Below, piece by piece: positions 39,061 to 53,199 of a stretch of DNA of 64,000 bases (its first letter is position 1; the number at the start of each line of letters is the position of its first letter). The DNA is from Lama glama (Eukaryota), in the NCBI GenBank assembly GCA_028534125.1, contig CM052816.1:48238001-48302000 (forward strand), read 5' to 3'. The notes beneath the pieces are model-generated. The model was not told where the DNA came from and did not search any database. It saw only the letters and a list, made by a program, of their open reading frames with translations. Both the position numbers and the translations under genes were made by a program.

Positions 39061-41170
39061 TGATTTTTCTTTTTCTGTATTTCAAATTTATGGTTAATTT
39101 AACTCTACCATGTTGAGTATGGCTCTTGCACCTAAAAGAGTCATGTTCTAAATATATGTAATGTAGATTCTAAGATAGTGAATTTGAATTCTGTTGTATT
39201 TCTTTGATCATGCCCTGCCCTACTGCACATAGTGCATATTCAATTAATATATCTAATCTGTTAAAATTAATTACATGATTTAAATTTCACAGAATTTTTA
39301 GGAATAGAGAAGAGTTATAACTAATTTAAATGTGGCCATTCCTAACTCACTCAATTGAGATTACTTTTGGAAAATGAGATTCATTCTATAAAATAGAACA
39401 TCTCTAATTTGGCCTTCTAGACTCTACAGGATCAAACATATCTGTCCATCTCTCCAGACAGTTCAGAACATCTCACTTTTTGTTCCATGAGTCTAGCCAT
39501 TCTTGAGTTCCTCACTTGTACCAGTTATTTCCCCCACAAGTTCCTACATATAACTTGACAGGCTGGATTTCCCTTCCCATTCTTCAAGTTTAAGTATAGA
39601 TGGTAGTTTCTCAAAAAAAGCATCTTATATTTCCCCAGTACAAAATTGGTTCCTTTCTTTCATAGCACTCCATTAATTTTCTACATAACGATTAGTAGAA
39701 TTAGTAATTATATATTTATTGGGTAATTATTTCTTTACTGTGTCTCCCCAGCAGAATTAAAACATCAGTGAGGTCAAGACGATGTTTGCTCTATGCAGCA
39801 CAGAGCACAGAAGTTGATCAACAACTGATGAATAAAACAGTGACTGATGTGATGAAATAAAGTTTTGTGAAGATTAATCTGACAAAATTGTAAGAATGTA
39901 TTAGTAAGGAAGAATCTCCAGGTGAGAAATTAGTTGAAAGACAATGGTGAAAGGCCTGGTGTGTCATTATGGAAGAGAGCAATGCAATGATAGTGAGTCT
40001 AGAGAGACAAAGAACTTCAGAAATATTCAGAAGAGAAAAGAGAAGGTTTTTTAACATTAGATATTGGGGTATAAGAAAATATTATCAGTATTTCTACATG
40101 TTGTAATAATATTTAGGTAAATCTAGGTATATTATTGATTATGATCTGTAATTTTTTTCTATTTTAAGTTCTCATCTTTTATTAGTACATTTATTTTTTA
40201 TTCTCTATTCTGCATTTGTTTTTCTGTGTAGCAATCAAAATCAGTGACTTAGCAAATTATACTGTTATTAGTAATCCTACAAGACATCAAAATATAAATT
40301 ACACAAGTATGTGCAATAAAAACATGAGAAAGTACTCATTATGAGTCATATACTATCAAGGAAATTTTAATACATTGTGCTGTATCTCTACATCGGGTAC
40401 ACATTTAAGTTTGCATTCAAGCTTATGCCTGATTTCCTTAGGTTATTTTAATAGCTCCTACTCTTCACTCTTCCTATCAAAAGTGACACCGTCTAGATTT
40501 GACTGAAAGAGAGAGAAAGATAATATGTGTGTATATGTATAAATTCACTAAATTTTCCTAATTATTCTAAATACATTTTCAGACTGAAGAGGCTACAGAC
40601 TTCATACAGTAGAATAAATCTAAAGTTATTTCCACCCAAGGGTAAACATGTTTAAAGCGAGGCCCTTATATTAATGAAGGTACACATTACAAATTTATAT
40701 TTCCATAATTATGCAATATTTACTTAGATATGGATGATACATCACTATGAATACTTAATATAGTAACACTGGTGATATTTGTTTTGCAGTATCCTTTAGT
40801 GATGGAATTATTCATATTTAAAATTTTAAGAAACTTAAAAAATATTACATCTGAATTTTATTAAAGTACATACTATATTCAAACATGATAGGTTTCCTCA
40901 TGAATGGGTCAACAGGAAAATCTATAGTAGACCCACTGATGATGGTCTTAAGTTACAGTCAGCATAAAGTAAATTTGCTTCATGTTGAGCTATCAGCTAA
41001 CAAAATCTGCTTTCAAGTATTTTAATGCCAATAGAATAAAATATGCCTGATAAACTATTCAAAATACACCAAAACTATTCAAAATACATCACTGTTTTGA
41101 TTAAATGTCCTCAGAATTATAACATATGTGGCTTTGTTGATATTACCACAAATGTTTTATATCAAATCAC

Positions 41171-41177
<7 letters not shown>

Positions 41178-41218
<41 letters not shown>
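41178..41218. repeat. (TA)n microsatellite
   Basis: About 20 TA units, directly visible. Confidence 0.98.
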
Positions 41219-41221
<3 letters not shown>

Positions 41222-42878
41222 TACTTGCTACAATTACATTCTTCTTTCTCTCTATATAATAAACCATGCCAATCTTTCTTCCAGTCCAAAGCTTCTCCCC
41301 TTCCAGTAAGCCAACCTGATCCATGTTTCCACCCCGGGATAAGGTGTCCTACCTTACTCTCTATCTCTTCTCTCCGAATTCACCATGTTTCCACTTCTGT
41401 TTCCTCCAGGGTCAGGCAGAAGTAATGTTTAGAGGTAAAAGGGTAAAAACCACTATACTTAAGCAGGAGATTTTTGTGGTCCTCCTTTGACCACTGAAGA
41501 CTATTCAATGCTGTCTCCCAGGAGTTCCAGTCACTGGTTTTCTCTCTCTCAGGGCATTTCTGCAGAATCTTTGAACACCTGTCTGAACCTTCCCCACTCC
41601 CCTGACCCCTTGGGTCTCTGAACCACACTTGGGCCACATTTCTATGACCACTCTCAGCTCCTTCCCTACAGCATCATACACATCAGAGCTTTCTTCACCC
41701 TGACAAGTAGTCATTTTGTGAAGGATCTTATCAAGACAAGACTGGCCCAGCTATCCTATTTTGTATACATTTGAACATGAAAAATCTTCACTATTATTGA
41801 TCACTATCATTGTAGCCTTCTTTCTTCATCTTATTATTCAGGGCAGTTTCAACGCTAAAGAACTGAGGTGTGCTTTGCTAAGGTAGTACTCAATAAGTTT
41901 CTGTAGTTTATAAGAATCCATGTAAGAATAAGATATATGCTTTCTGAAAAGCACCTCCTATGACTCAGAAGGGGCCTTTGCTGGTCCCTTTACTTGTTTG
42001 AGGAGTAAAGTACAATCTGTCTTTCCCTACATAAAGACATAACAGATCTGTACCTCCTATAAAAGACAGGAAATTCCTGTTTAAGACCACATCTTTTAAA
42101 GCAAATCCCTTTCTATCATGCAACAGCATTTCCAATTTCTCTTCTTTTGTTATATACATAAATAGCAACTTGGTAATGGGTTTAGGGTTGCAAAACTGGT
42201 TCAGGCCACATTTTATTACATCCTAGGAAAGTGATCTGGCGCTATTAGCTATCATATTTTCATACTTAACTATCACTCACTGTCCTAGTAGAAATGACTT
42301 CATACAAAACACTGAAACACTCAAACAAAAAATATTCCATTTGTCTATCTGTTCATATGTCCTTTATTGATGAGCTAAATATTTAAAAATCTTAAATTAG
42401 TATTTTCTACATTAGTAGAATAGTTTAAAATATAACTCTTGTTAACCATGAAGAAGCTATTAGCTTGAATATTTATCTCTTCTCTGAATGTTGAATGTCT
42501 GCAGGGATAAACATAAACATTTAAATTTTCTCTAAATTTCTCAGTTCTGACTGAGATCTATATTTTGAAAAACTATTTTATTATATTTAATAATGCCTTG
42601 ATAACTTACTTTTTCTATTTGAAGTTATCTATAATCTCTAAAGGAGTATTACATGTGAAAAAACGTTCTAAAATGTTTTCTGAGCTATTATTATCATACA
42701 TTATAGAGTTTTATCCTTCAAAAAATAGCATTGACTTATTTTAGAACTGAAACACATAATATGGAAAGTTTAAAAAATTTTGAATTTGGAGATACAAATT
42801 TACACAACATAAAATCTCAAATATGTGTGCCATGTCAAGTGAGCAAAAAATTATAAATGATGCATTGTAAATTTCCAG

Positions 42879-43235
42879 TCATCTGTTGATGAACATTTAG
42901 GTTGTTTCCATGTCTTGGCTACTGTAAACAGTATTGCTGTGAACGTTATGGTGCATGTATCTTTTCAGATTAGAGTTCCCTCCAGATATTTGCCCAGGAG
43001 TGGGAATGCTGGATCATATGCTGTTATTTTGCAGATACTAATTCCTGTATATAAAATAGATAAACAACAAGTTTCTTCTGTATAGCACAGGGAACTACGT
43101 TCAGTATCTTGTAGGAATGTATAATGAAAAATAATATGAAAAGGAATATATGTTTGTATATGCATGACTGAAACATTATGCTGTACACCAGAAATTGACA
43201 CAATATTTAAACTGACTATACTTCAATTTAAAAAA
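42879..43235 (+). mobile_element. Short lineage-specific L1 with 5' inversion
   Basis: Antisense ORF2-end segment (42879-~43022) joined to a sense 3' UTR (~43026-43235); TSD tgtaaatttccag (42866-42878) and tgcaaatttccag (43236-43248). Confidence 0.9.
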
Positions 43236-44299
43236 TGCAAATTTCCAGAAGTCTCTGAAATTAGTAATTGCTAGTCCTAGCAATTCTAGCGGTACTCTAG
43301 GTCTTCTCTTCTTATATTCAACCAGCCTTTAATTCTGTCTCCAACTCCCAGGAGGTTCTATTTGCTAGTACTGTGAATACTAATCACAGCTACCACTTAC
43401 CGAGCACCTACTATATTCTAACTTTTCCTTTTAATCAAATAAAAAGGGATATCATTTCCATATATTTGATGTAATGTGTAAAGCTTCAAGAATTTACATG
43501 AATTCCCATATTGTAGATTATTACTAATTGAGATATTCAGGAAATGATGCCAGTTCTGCCTGAGTCTATAGTGTTAAATATTGATTTATAATTACTTTCT
43601 TTACTAGGGAAATTGGAAGACAAAGGAGACTTTGAAGATAAAGTTACAGTATATAGTTTCACATGGGATGACAAACCAAATGAGAGATTGATAATAGTAG
43701 AAGTTCATAATACAGCACAGTGCTTAGCAAGTCATACTCTGGATTATAGTGTAATAATCATATCTGCAACAAAGTTACATGTACAGTTTTCCTAAACTAA
43801 TGGTGAACCCAGACACACTACAATATAATATTAGTATACAGTCTATTCATGAAGAGGCAACACATTGTCTAGTTTATCTTTTTATAATGCAAGGAGGGTC
43901 CTGGGTAAGATCAGGGCCTTTGAGACTTCTGGAAGAAAGTAAAATATTGGTTATAGAGGAACATGCCTAATTTCAAAGAAAGGTTCACATTCAGTGTAAA
44001 CCTTGATAGTAAGCTCCTTTATCACTACTGATTCAAGTAGTAAATAATGACTGACCAGATAAACTTCAGAAGTAATTCTATCTAGTTGTATTCTGGAGAA
44101 CCCTGGGAGGCCACAACTAATTTCAGGGGAGATCCCCAAACCAACAAAAATCCTGTTCTCTTTGGACCATACCATTCTGAGACCATGTTGTCTTCTGGTC
44201 ATACTATTCACTGTGTTTTCCTTCTCTTGCCCATAAAATGTTTTTCAAACTCTGCTTCCCAGCCTATGCTTTTTATTCTTCTTAGCTATTATGAATCCT

Positions 44300-45262
44300 G
44301 AATATTTCATCTGTAGCCTAAGTTTTAATTATCCATGTATACAAATCTCAAATTATATACGTAAAACCAACATTTACACCAACATCTATTTACCTAATAC
44401 TAATATTTCTCTATTTATACCATTTTGAATCTCCAGGTAGATAGATGACCAAGAATCTAACCAATTTCACAGCAGCTAAATTTGAATTCAGAATTGAATT
44501 CAATACAAAATTCATACTTCATTTTCTAACTCAGTTAATGACTTAACTGCCTCAGACAACTCAATCTGGAACTGAGTTTCTCCCTTTACTTTATCCCCCA
44601 CAACCAAGTGGTCACTGCATCCTATTGTATTTGCCATGTATCACTCATGTCCATTTGAGTCTCTGCACTTCTAGTGCCATTGCATTATTTCACATTCTCA
44701 TAATCTCTTGCTTGAATGCAATGATCTTCCTATTGTCATCTGTTTGATTGTATAGTCCTCCCCTCAACCATTTTTCACATTGTTGAAAATATCCTGTTAC
44801 TTTCTTGCTTAAAAATTCTTCAGTGGTCCCCATTTTCCAGAAAGTAATACTTAAAGTGTTTAGGATGAAAATACAATTCATGGCCTCATCTCAATAGTTC
44901 TCACTAATCTTGTTTTTCTAAATTTTTTGAACATAATTGCTATGCTCAAGGTCAAAGTGTAACAGGGTAACTCTTCCACATCCATTAAGACTCAACTTAT
45001 GCAACATCTACTCCATGAAGTTTTTGCTCTCCTGTACTGGGGCAAAACTAACATATAATTAAAAACTATATTAAAAATACTTCATGTTATATCAAAATAG
45101 CATAATAACTTTTCTATTCCTTGCTTAGATCATGACTTCCTGTTGTGCATGTATGTGTATTCACACACACACACACACACACACAGATACTCCTAGCTTA
45201 AAAAGGTTAATGTAGTACATGAAGCATAGTATGTGCTAAAGTAATATTTGTTGAAAGAATAA
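44300..45262 (+). mobile_element. Degenerate L2
   Basis: 'ctcagttaatgac', 'cttgcttaaaaattcttcagtggtccccatt' and the terminus 'atagtatgtgctaaagtaatatttgttgaaagaat'. Confidence 0.65.
45162..45185. repeat. (CA)n microsatellite
   Basis: Directly visible. Confidence 0.95.
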
Positions 45263-45894
45263 GTAACAGTTTAGACTAGAAGAGTTTTCAGATTTACCAC
45301 ATTAGAAGGGTTCAGTGAGCAATTAGTTTTGAGAATATTTCATATAACATTCCTAATGAATAATTACACTCTGAATCTAACAAAGTCCCCCACTTTGAAC
45401 ATAGATATATAATATTATATCCTACTTTTTTGTCCTTTTGGGGTTTTGAAAGGATAAAAATCTAGCATTTTAAAAGTACTTATGAAGAAAATATGTTCAT
45501 AGACTAAGGTAATGCATTAATCCATGGTGTTGATGGGCATATAGTAAATTGTATAATGTGATAAACACTAAATTTTCTTTAAGCATAGAGCTTTTTAATT
45601 AAAGTCTGTATTTCTACTGATTTCATATCCCTTTTTGATTGAAAGCTTAAGAATTATTTGATTATAATTATGAGTTTCTCAGTGAAATAAATCACAAATA
45701 GATTTCTTCAGAGTAGAGTACCAAATAAAGTTAAATCTGAGTGTCAATTTTATAATATAACTTCTATATTTGCTATTTATGAGTTTTTCTTTGTGTTGAA
45801 TAGTCTCTTACTTCAAATGATTTTACCTGCATATGGAAAAAGACCATAGTCTTGAGCATCTTATGTTTACTTCATTATTATTTATACTAGTACC

Positions 45895-46330
45895 TTCCTT
45901 TTATTCATGCATTTATTTGTAAATCACATATTTGTTAATCACTGAATATGTGTCACAACTGATGTATTCTAAGTGCTAAGAACTGGAAATATAGCAATGA
46001 ACAGCATAATGACTGATATGGAACTGTGCATACAGTAAGACAGTTAATAATAACTAATTACATTAACATGTGCTTGTTGTACTTGTGATAAGTGCTACAA
46101 AGTAAAAGGGAGCTCTTAGAGCATAGACCTACCCAAGTCTGTAGGGTGAAAAATGGATTTTTTGACAAAGTTACATTTCAACTTACAACTGAGGAGATTT
46201 AGATTCGTTATTCCCTACAGGGGATGGGGCAATATTTCCAGGTAGTAGAAATAAGATGTTTAAAGGCTCATAAACCAGGGGGAACTTGAATGGTCAGCTT
46301 GAAAGGATATGAGTTAATAGAAGCAAGAGA
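45895..46330 (-). mobile_element. L2 3' fragment
   Basis: 'ttcatgcatttatttg..acatatttgttaatcactgaatatgtg..tctaagtgctaagaa..atatagcaatgaaca'. Confidence 0.6.
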
Positions 46331-47631
46331 TGTCTCCAGATAAATTAATATAAGTCATATTAGGTATATAATTTATTGACAATTAAATTATTGCTTATGT
46401 TTCATTGATAAGTTGGAGACATTTGCACCAAGATATACCATGCAAAGATGAGATTTATCATGTGAATCTAATGTAATCTTCCCTTTGTTCAGTATTAGAT
46501 GCAGACACTTTGGTATAATCACAAGGTCTGTGAAAAAAGTACAATAACTGGATGAGTCAAATAACAATTGAAATGTTATTTAGACCAGATTTATAGAAAT
46601 ATTTTCAAATATAGAAAGGAGTCAATCATAATAATGATTCAGCATAAAAGGCATTTTATTAAAACATAAAGTTTACTTTAACCAAAATTTTTAGCTAATT
46701 GCCTCAAGTCTTTGCTTTGGTTTTCTAATATAGACCTACATAGCTTTAAAGAAACAAAGTTTAGGTAAAAAACAAATGGAAAGTAAATGACAGAAAATGT
46801 TTCATTTAGAACTGTTCCAGCAGAAAGAATTCCAAATGTATGCAGTTTATAATGGGAAAGCAGGCAAAAACAAGGGGGGAAAGCTGTTTGTTTCTTTACC
46901 TTCAGTTATTCGGATCTCTCTTTTGTATAAGCTACCTACTTTCAGCAGTGACTTATGCCAACTGCCTTAATTTAATTCTATAGTGAAAAATTCACAGAGG
47001 ATCAGTTGGTTCCCAGATGGATATTTCTGTACAAAAGTAGCTACTGATCTGTGGGGAAGAAAACATGAAGCATTAGGGAGCCCCAGAACCAGGAGAATGG
47101 GGGGAAAGGCCATTGAAAATGAAAGTTATCATCTTTCTTTTAGGTTTCTCCTACGACAGAATATTCATGTGAGAGTACATTTCCTCACTGAACTTTTTAG
47201 GAAAGAAAACAGTAAGGCAGAGAAATAAAAAGTAAGTCATCTCTTGCCAAGGAATATTTATAATGCCAATGGGGAGGTCTCAGCCGATGAGAGAAACATA
47301 AAAAAGTAAAATAGAGTGAATAATATACAGAACAGAAGGAGGTTTCAAGCAAAGTAAGGTATGAAAAACAAGGAGAGGACATTAAATACATAGAAACTAG
47401 AGAAATGGTCAGAGGGCAAATAAAATTCTTATTTAAAATTTCAGATATTAATGAGAGTATTCATCTATTCAAAAATCAAATTATTTTCATTATTTATATC
47501 ATTATGGTTGGGAATGGTGCAGTAGGAGACTTCAGTTTACTTTTGGGATTTTAGTACTTTTAAATTAAGTAAATATTAATTGTATAAATATATTTTTATA
47601 TATATTTAAGACAGTAGATTTGAATGTGATA

Positions 47632-48065
47632 TGCATAGAGATGTGCTACCTAGGCCTGGCTTCAAGGAAGTATTTGCTGCAGGAACCAGGCCCATTCAGG
47701 GTAGGTCAACAGACAGGCCACTTGCCTGAGCTCACCCTTTACTGGTGCAGGCTGCATCTGGAGGTGAGGGGTCTGGGGCATGGTAAGGTATAAAAGACAG
47801 GTCATTTCTCTCTGACACAGGACAGCTCTGATAGGCTCTGGAGCTCTCTGCTAGACTTATCAAGGTTTTTAATGAAACTGTCTCTATGTAATCCTGCTTT
47901 CTGCTTTCATTTCACTGATGCTAAGTCCTAAGACACTTGCTCTGTTTACTCTCTTAGTTTCCACTTTTGAAGAATCTGAACTATGACAGCTGATACCTGA
48001 AGTGATCTCAGAAAGAGGGTGATAAGGTGGTGTTTTTGCAGTGGATCATTTCACTGCCAGGCTAG
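47632..48065 (+). mobile_element. Old ERVL LTR (LTR41/LTR16-like), possibly with the start of internal sequence
   Basis: GC-richer block 'gatgtgctacctagg..cttcaaggaag'; putative LTR end 'tatgaca' followed by 'gctgatacctgaagtgatctcagaaag'. Confidence 0.45.
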
Positions 48066-48104
48066 CATGAGGACCTCATGATTAAGTGTGTACACTTAAT
48101 TGTA

Positions 48105-48315
48105 CCACAATGTTATGCACTTAGCACACAACCTAATTTAGTCTTCACAGTGATTTTATTCCCTGGCTAAAATTGATATCACCATTTTTCTGAACTGAGA
48201 CTCAAAGATGTTAAGATCCTTGCCCAAGGTCACGTATTTAGTAAGAGGTAGAATCAGTATTCAAACCACAGCAATTTGTTTATTCTGTTCAGAGCCAGTG
48301 TTTTGAATGACTACT
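48105..48315 (-). mobile_element. MIR
   Basis: Core 'aactgagactcaaagatgttaagatccttgcccaaggtcacgtatttagtaag..tattcaaacc'. Confidence 0.8.
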
Positions 48316-50139
48316 TATACAAATTAGGGGTATAAATAATGGTGTTCAACATATAGAGAAAATCCAGAGAAAAGATCAAATCACTGTCAGAAACAAAGAT
48401 ACTTTTATAAATAAGCAAAGCAATGTATCAAGAAAACAAATTTATTTTCAACTATCTTTTTTCCCCTAGCATGCCATTGTTCACGGCTTATTAAAATACT
48501 ACTAAATTTGACATCTGTATTTTTGGTATATGGTTAATTTTACTTCAATACAATAAATGTGCAAATCATAACTTTGACTTTCCAAATAACATTGTGTGAT
48601 ACTTTGTTTTCAATTATGTTTTCAATTATGAACACAGTCAACCTCCCGAGGTTTTCAGTTAAGATAAAAGGATATGTCACAGTTAGAAACAGTGAACTCA
48701 TCAAGAGTCACGGTGTGAAGTGGTTTCTATGAATCCCTGCCAGATGGAATTATTTGTAATGATGAACGATCTCAATTTCTGTAAAAGTAATTTAAAACCC
48801 ATCCTCAGTTGTGAATCAATTTTGTATCATATAACAAAGAATTAATTGTGTCTGATTTATTTAACGAAACAGTTGGGATGGCATTTGTCAAATCAATGGA
48901 TACCTAACTGTACTAAAATATTTAACAAAACACAAAATGTCTGCAAGACGAGAGAGCAACAATGCTGAAAAACTTGAGTGGCACCGTTATACACGTATTT
49001 TATGAAATGTCAGTATCCATAAGAAGCAGCTTTTTTTTTAGATAACTAGGATATGTTTGATAGAAAATAATTTAGGAAAGGTATACAAAATAAGATCAAT
49101 TCAGCTTTTTTGACCTCTTTTACCTCCTATATCTCATTACAGTATCAAAAATCTTTAGGCTGAACTGTTTACTGAGGTATTTTTATTTTCAAATTATCTA
49201 CATTAAATCATTAGAAGATGCTAAAAGCATTTTCTTTTTCAAACAGAGTAGTCAGTACAGTCTGAAAGAAATTACATGAAAAAGGAAAATTATTAGTTCA
49301 TAAAGTAGAAAGACAGAGGTATCAGATGATACTATAGGAATAAATAGGGGGAAAAAGTGTTTTAACTACAAGGAATTTCATATGGATATGTCAGAGGATA
49401 CTAATAATCACAGCTGTAAAAAAGTTTTTTAAATTTTTTTCCTTCACCATTAAGTGTGAAGGAAATCACATATACAGTGCTACTTTCCTGGCATTTAACA
49501 ATGCCTTTGATGAATAAAAGGATTCCTTCATCTTCTACATCTAACAAGACATAGGTCATAAAAATACAAAAACAGATTATTTGACTAAGTAAATAAATCT
49601 GTGAATGAGGAATCATTGAATAGGTAATTGGTTATAACTGATGTGAAGCTTAAGAAAGTGTTGAAGAAGAGAAGGTACTTCTGACCATAGCATTCTCATC
49701 ACTTTTCTTCTCACTTGCAAGGTCCAAGTCTATTACACTCTTCCAGTGCTGAAGAGCTCTGGGGAGGCAACTGACCACTATTATCAATATGGAAATGTTT
49801 CTTGTTCCACCCATCTCCTTCTCCAGGGTACTCTTTAGTATCATTAAAAAATGTTTTAAAAAGAGGTAATAAAAATGAGGAAATGATGGGAAGGAAACTT
49901 GGTATAGAAAATTAGAGTCCTTTGAACATTCATGTATACTAGAAAGTGGTGATAAAAGAAGTTTATATATATTTTTATATGTATATATATTTTTTTCCAC
50001 AGGGAGAAGATAACAAAAAATATGACAGATTGACGTTGATATTAATTGTTGAAATGCAAAGAAGTCTGCCTTTCAGAGACAGAAAAAAAGAAAATACTGA
50101 ATTTTATTATAGTCAGATTAAATAAGAAATGAAAAAGAA

Positions 50140-50840
50140 AATCTGTTACATTTAAAAATTGATTTTAGAACTATCTTCTTTTTCTAATACAAGTACTTAA
50201 TTTATAAAAACATTATCTGCAAGCTGTATTTCTAGCTACATACCACAAATCTGATGTGGTTTTTAATTTTATCTAATTAAAATATTTTCCAATTTCCCTT
50301 ACATATGTATTTTTGAATTTAGAAGTGTGTTGCATGATTTACACAATCATTTGGGGAAGCTCTAGTTGTCCTTCTTTAAACAACATCTAATTTAATTTTC
50401 TTGCATAATTGTTTTCTTCATAATTAATTTTCTTGCATAATTTCTTGCATAATTTATTTTCTTCCATAGATAAAATAGTTTACATAATTATAATTATTTA
50501 AAATCAGAATAAATTTCTTCATAATTACTTCTTATTATTCCTTTAATACCTATAGGGTTCATAATGAGGTTCTCCTCCTAAGATAAACTTATATATTCTC
50601 TTCTTGATCAGTTTTACTGGGTGTTGCTTAAACTTTTGACTCTGTTGATTTTCTCTCTGTTTGATTAATATTTCTACTGCTATCCCCATTATTTTCTTCC
50701 TCCTACTGTCTCTGAATTCTCTATTTCAACTTAAAGATTAGATTAAATTTGCAGCCTCTCTTCATCTGAAATTATACTTTTTTCTCTATGCACTGCTTTA
50801 GCAACAAATTTTGCTGAGTCATATTTTTTTATTATTATTC
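50140..50840 (-). mobile_element. Decayed L1 ORF2 fragments, antisense
   Basis: 'ttttctaatacaagtactta', 'tttagaagtgtgttg', 'ttgactctgttgattttctct' and 'tgcactgctttagc'. Confidence 0.55.
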
Positions 50841-50849
50841 CATGCACAA

Positions 50850-51750
50850 AGTACCAATATCATGAATAAGGAGCAAGACTACAGACTGGATTCTACCATA
50901 ATTAAATGATGAACAATGACAATTTTATGCAGATATATTTGATAATTTAGATGAAATGGAAATAGTCCCTGAAAGATACAAACTAATAAAATTCACTCCA
51001 AAATAGATAACTAGAATATCTCTGTATTTCTTAATAAGATTCAATTTATAGTTAAAAAACCTTAAAATATAGGAAACCCTTGGGCCAAAAATCTTCAGTG
51101 GTAAAGTCTACCAAATGTTGAAAGAAGAATAATAACAATTATTCATAAACTCTTCTGGAAAGTAGAAAAGTAGGAAGCAATTTCCCACTTATTTTATGAA
51201 GCCAGAATTACTGTGATAACAAAGCCAAAGATATTATGAGTAAAAACAAACAGATAAAAACATTAGGGATGACTACTATCATGGACATAGAGGTAAAAGT
51301 CCCTTAAAAACATTAGCAAATTGAATCAGCTATATGTAAAAACAACAACACACTATAACCAAAAGAAGTTTATCGTAGGAATGCAGATATGCTTGACATT
51401 TTAAAATTAATTTGAGTCACCAAATTAACTAACAAAACAATTTGAAAAACATTTGATCATTTTAATAGATGTAGAAATGACAGATAAAATTCAACATCGT
51501 TTTTGATAAAAACCTCAGAAATTAGGAATAGGAGCAAACTCCCTCAACATGATACAGAGCACTTACAAAAATGCATACTTAATCTTTGTCTTAATGGTGA
51601 GGCTGACAGGTATTTCCTACGATCAGATAAGTACAAGAATGTCCAAACTCACAATCGATGTCAACATTGTACTAGCGGTCTTAGCCAAAGCAATAAGCTT
51701 GAGAAGGTATTAATATGCATACAGACTGGAAAGGAAAAAGAAAGTTTTTG
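50850..51750 (+). mobile_element. Old L1 ORF2 (RT region) fragment
   Basis: 'tttgataatttagatgaaatgga', 'ctaccaaatgttgaaagaagaa', 'ttttatgaagccagaattac' and 'gataaaattcaacatc'. Confidence 0.85.
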
Positions 51751-52784
51751 AGTTAGGAGTTTTAAGCCACTTTTCTCTAATATAAATGGATCACAAAATT
51801 ATTTCCATTTTCTCAATAAGTAACTTCTTCATAGTGTAATGCTTTAGTATTCAACATCAGGTTTTAGATCAAATTAAGAATACATGTATTTTCTTATTCT
51901 CTCATCACATACCCTCTTTATGATGTACTTCCTATTCTAAGTACTTTCATGCTATTAGTTTTAACATCCCCTTTCAATACCTGTACTCTAGATCTGTCTC
52001 CTTTCTCATGTTGAAAGTTTGCCTGTTCTTCAGAGCCTTTTATACTCCCAATGGCTATCTAATAGTTCTATATCAATATTCTTACTCTTAATAAAAGCAC
52101 CTAGAAATAATACCATATTGCAAAGAATTTAATCTAATAATGGGAAATTCAGTTAACAAGTAATGTCTGTACAGGAGACATTTGGAACTGGTCATCTTTC
52201 AGGGCATTTTACTTCAGAATTAAAAATACTTTCAGCTGGTACTTCTTAACACTTAGTGTTTAGTCACTGCCTTCTCCTGGCTAGAGGAAGTCTCCTTCCA
52301 GACCAAAATTATGTCATGAGGCAAAAATCGAGAAAGAGAGTTTATTTAATATATCATTATCCCCATGATCGACCTGACATTCTACATTGACATCCTACAC
52401 TTAGCTAACGTATATAAAGATGTTGACCATATATAGAAAAATTGTATTAGATACCTAATACTAAATTTAAAAATAATTTGTTGACTGGATATTGTCTGTC
52501 AGTTATAGGCACTGGTATAGGCAAATAAATTTGCTTTTTGCATTTATCTTTCTTTTTATTTTCTGTATCTCATATTATCTCTCTTAAATTAAAGTATATT
52601 TTATAAATAGTCCATAAATATTCACAAAATGGAAAGTGCGCCTTTTCTCTTCCATCTATTTAAGCCTAGTTTTATTGATATGTGTTCAAGTATTCAGTGA
52701 ACATGAAAAAGATAACCTGAACTGACCTATAACAAGCTTTCTTAAGCTCCTCCCAGGTTTGTAATAATAAAAATAATAATTCAT

Positions 52785-53152
52785 TTTTAATTGTATGTTT
52801 CAGGGGTACTACAGCATTATAATTAATCTACATTTGTATACACTACAAAATGATCAGTACCACAAGTTTAGTTACCATCCATCACCATACAGCTGACTCC
52901 CTTCACCTATTTCACCCAATCCTAAAGTACTTTCTTCTCTGGTGACCACTGGTCTATTCTCTATACCTGTGAGTTTGTTTTGGTTTAATTTCATTTGTTT
53001 ATTTGTTTCACTTTTTTTAGATTCCACATATAAAATCATAAAGTATGTCTTTCCCCATCTGACTTAATTCATTTAGCACAATATCTTCATGGTCCATTCA
53101 TGTTGTTGCAAATGGCAGGATTTCATTCTTTTTTGTGGTTGAGTAGTTTTCT

Positions 53153-53199
<47 letters not shown>

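Noticed and set aside
48759..48855. Box C (ATGATGA) ... box D (CTGA) spacing like a C/D snoRNA
   Set aside because: No terminal stem or recognisable guide; both words are common in AT-rich DNA.
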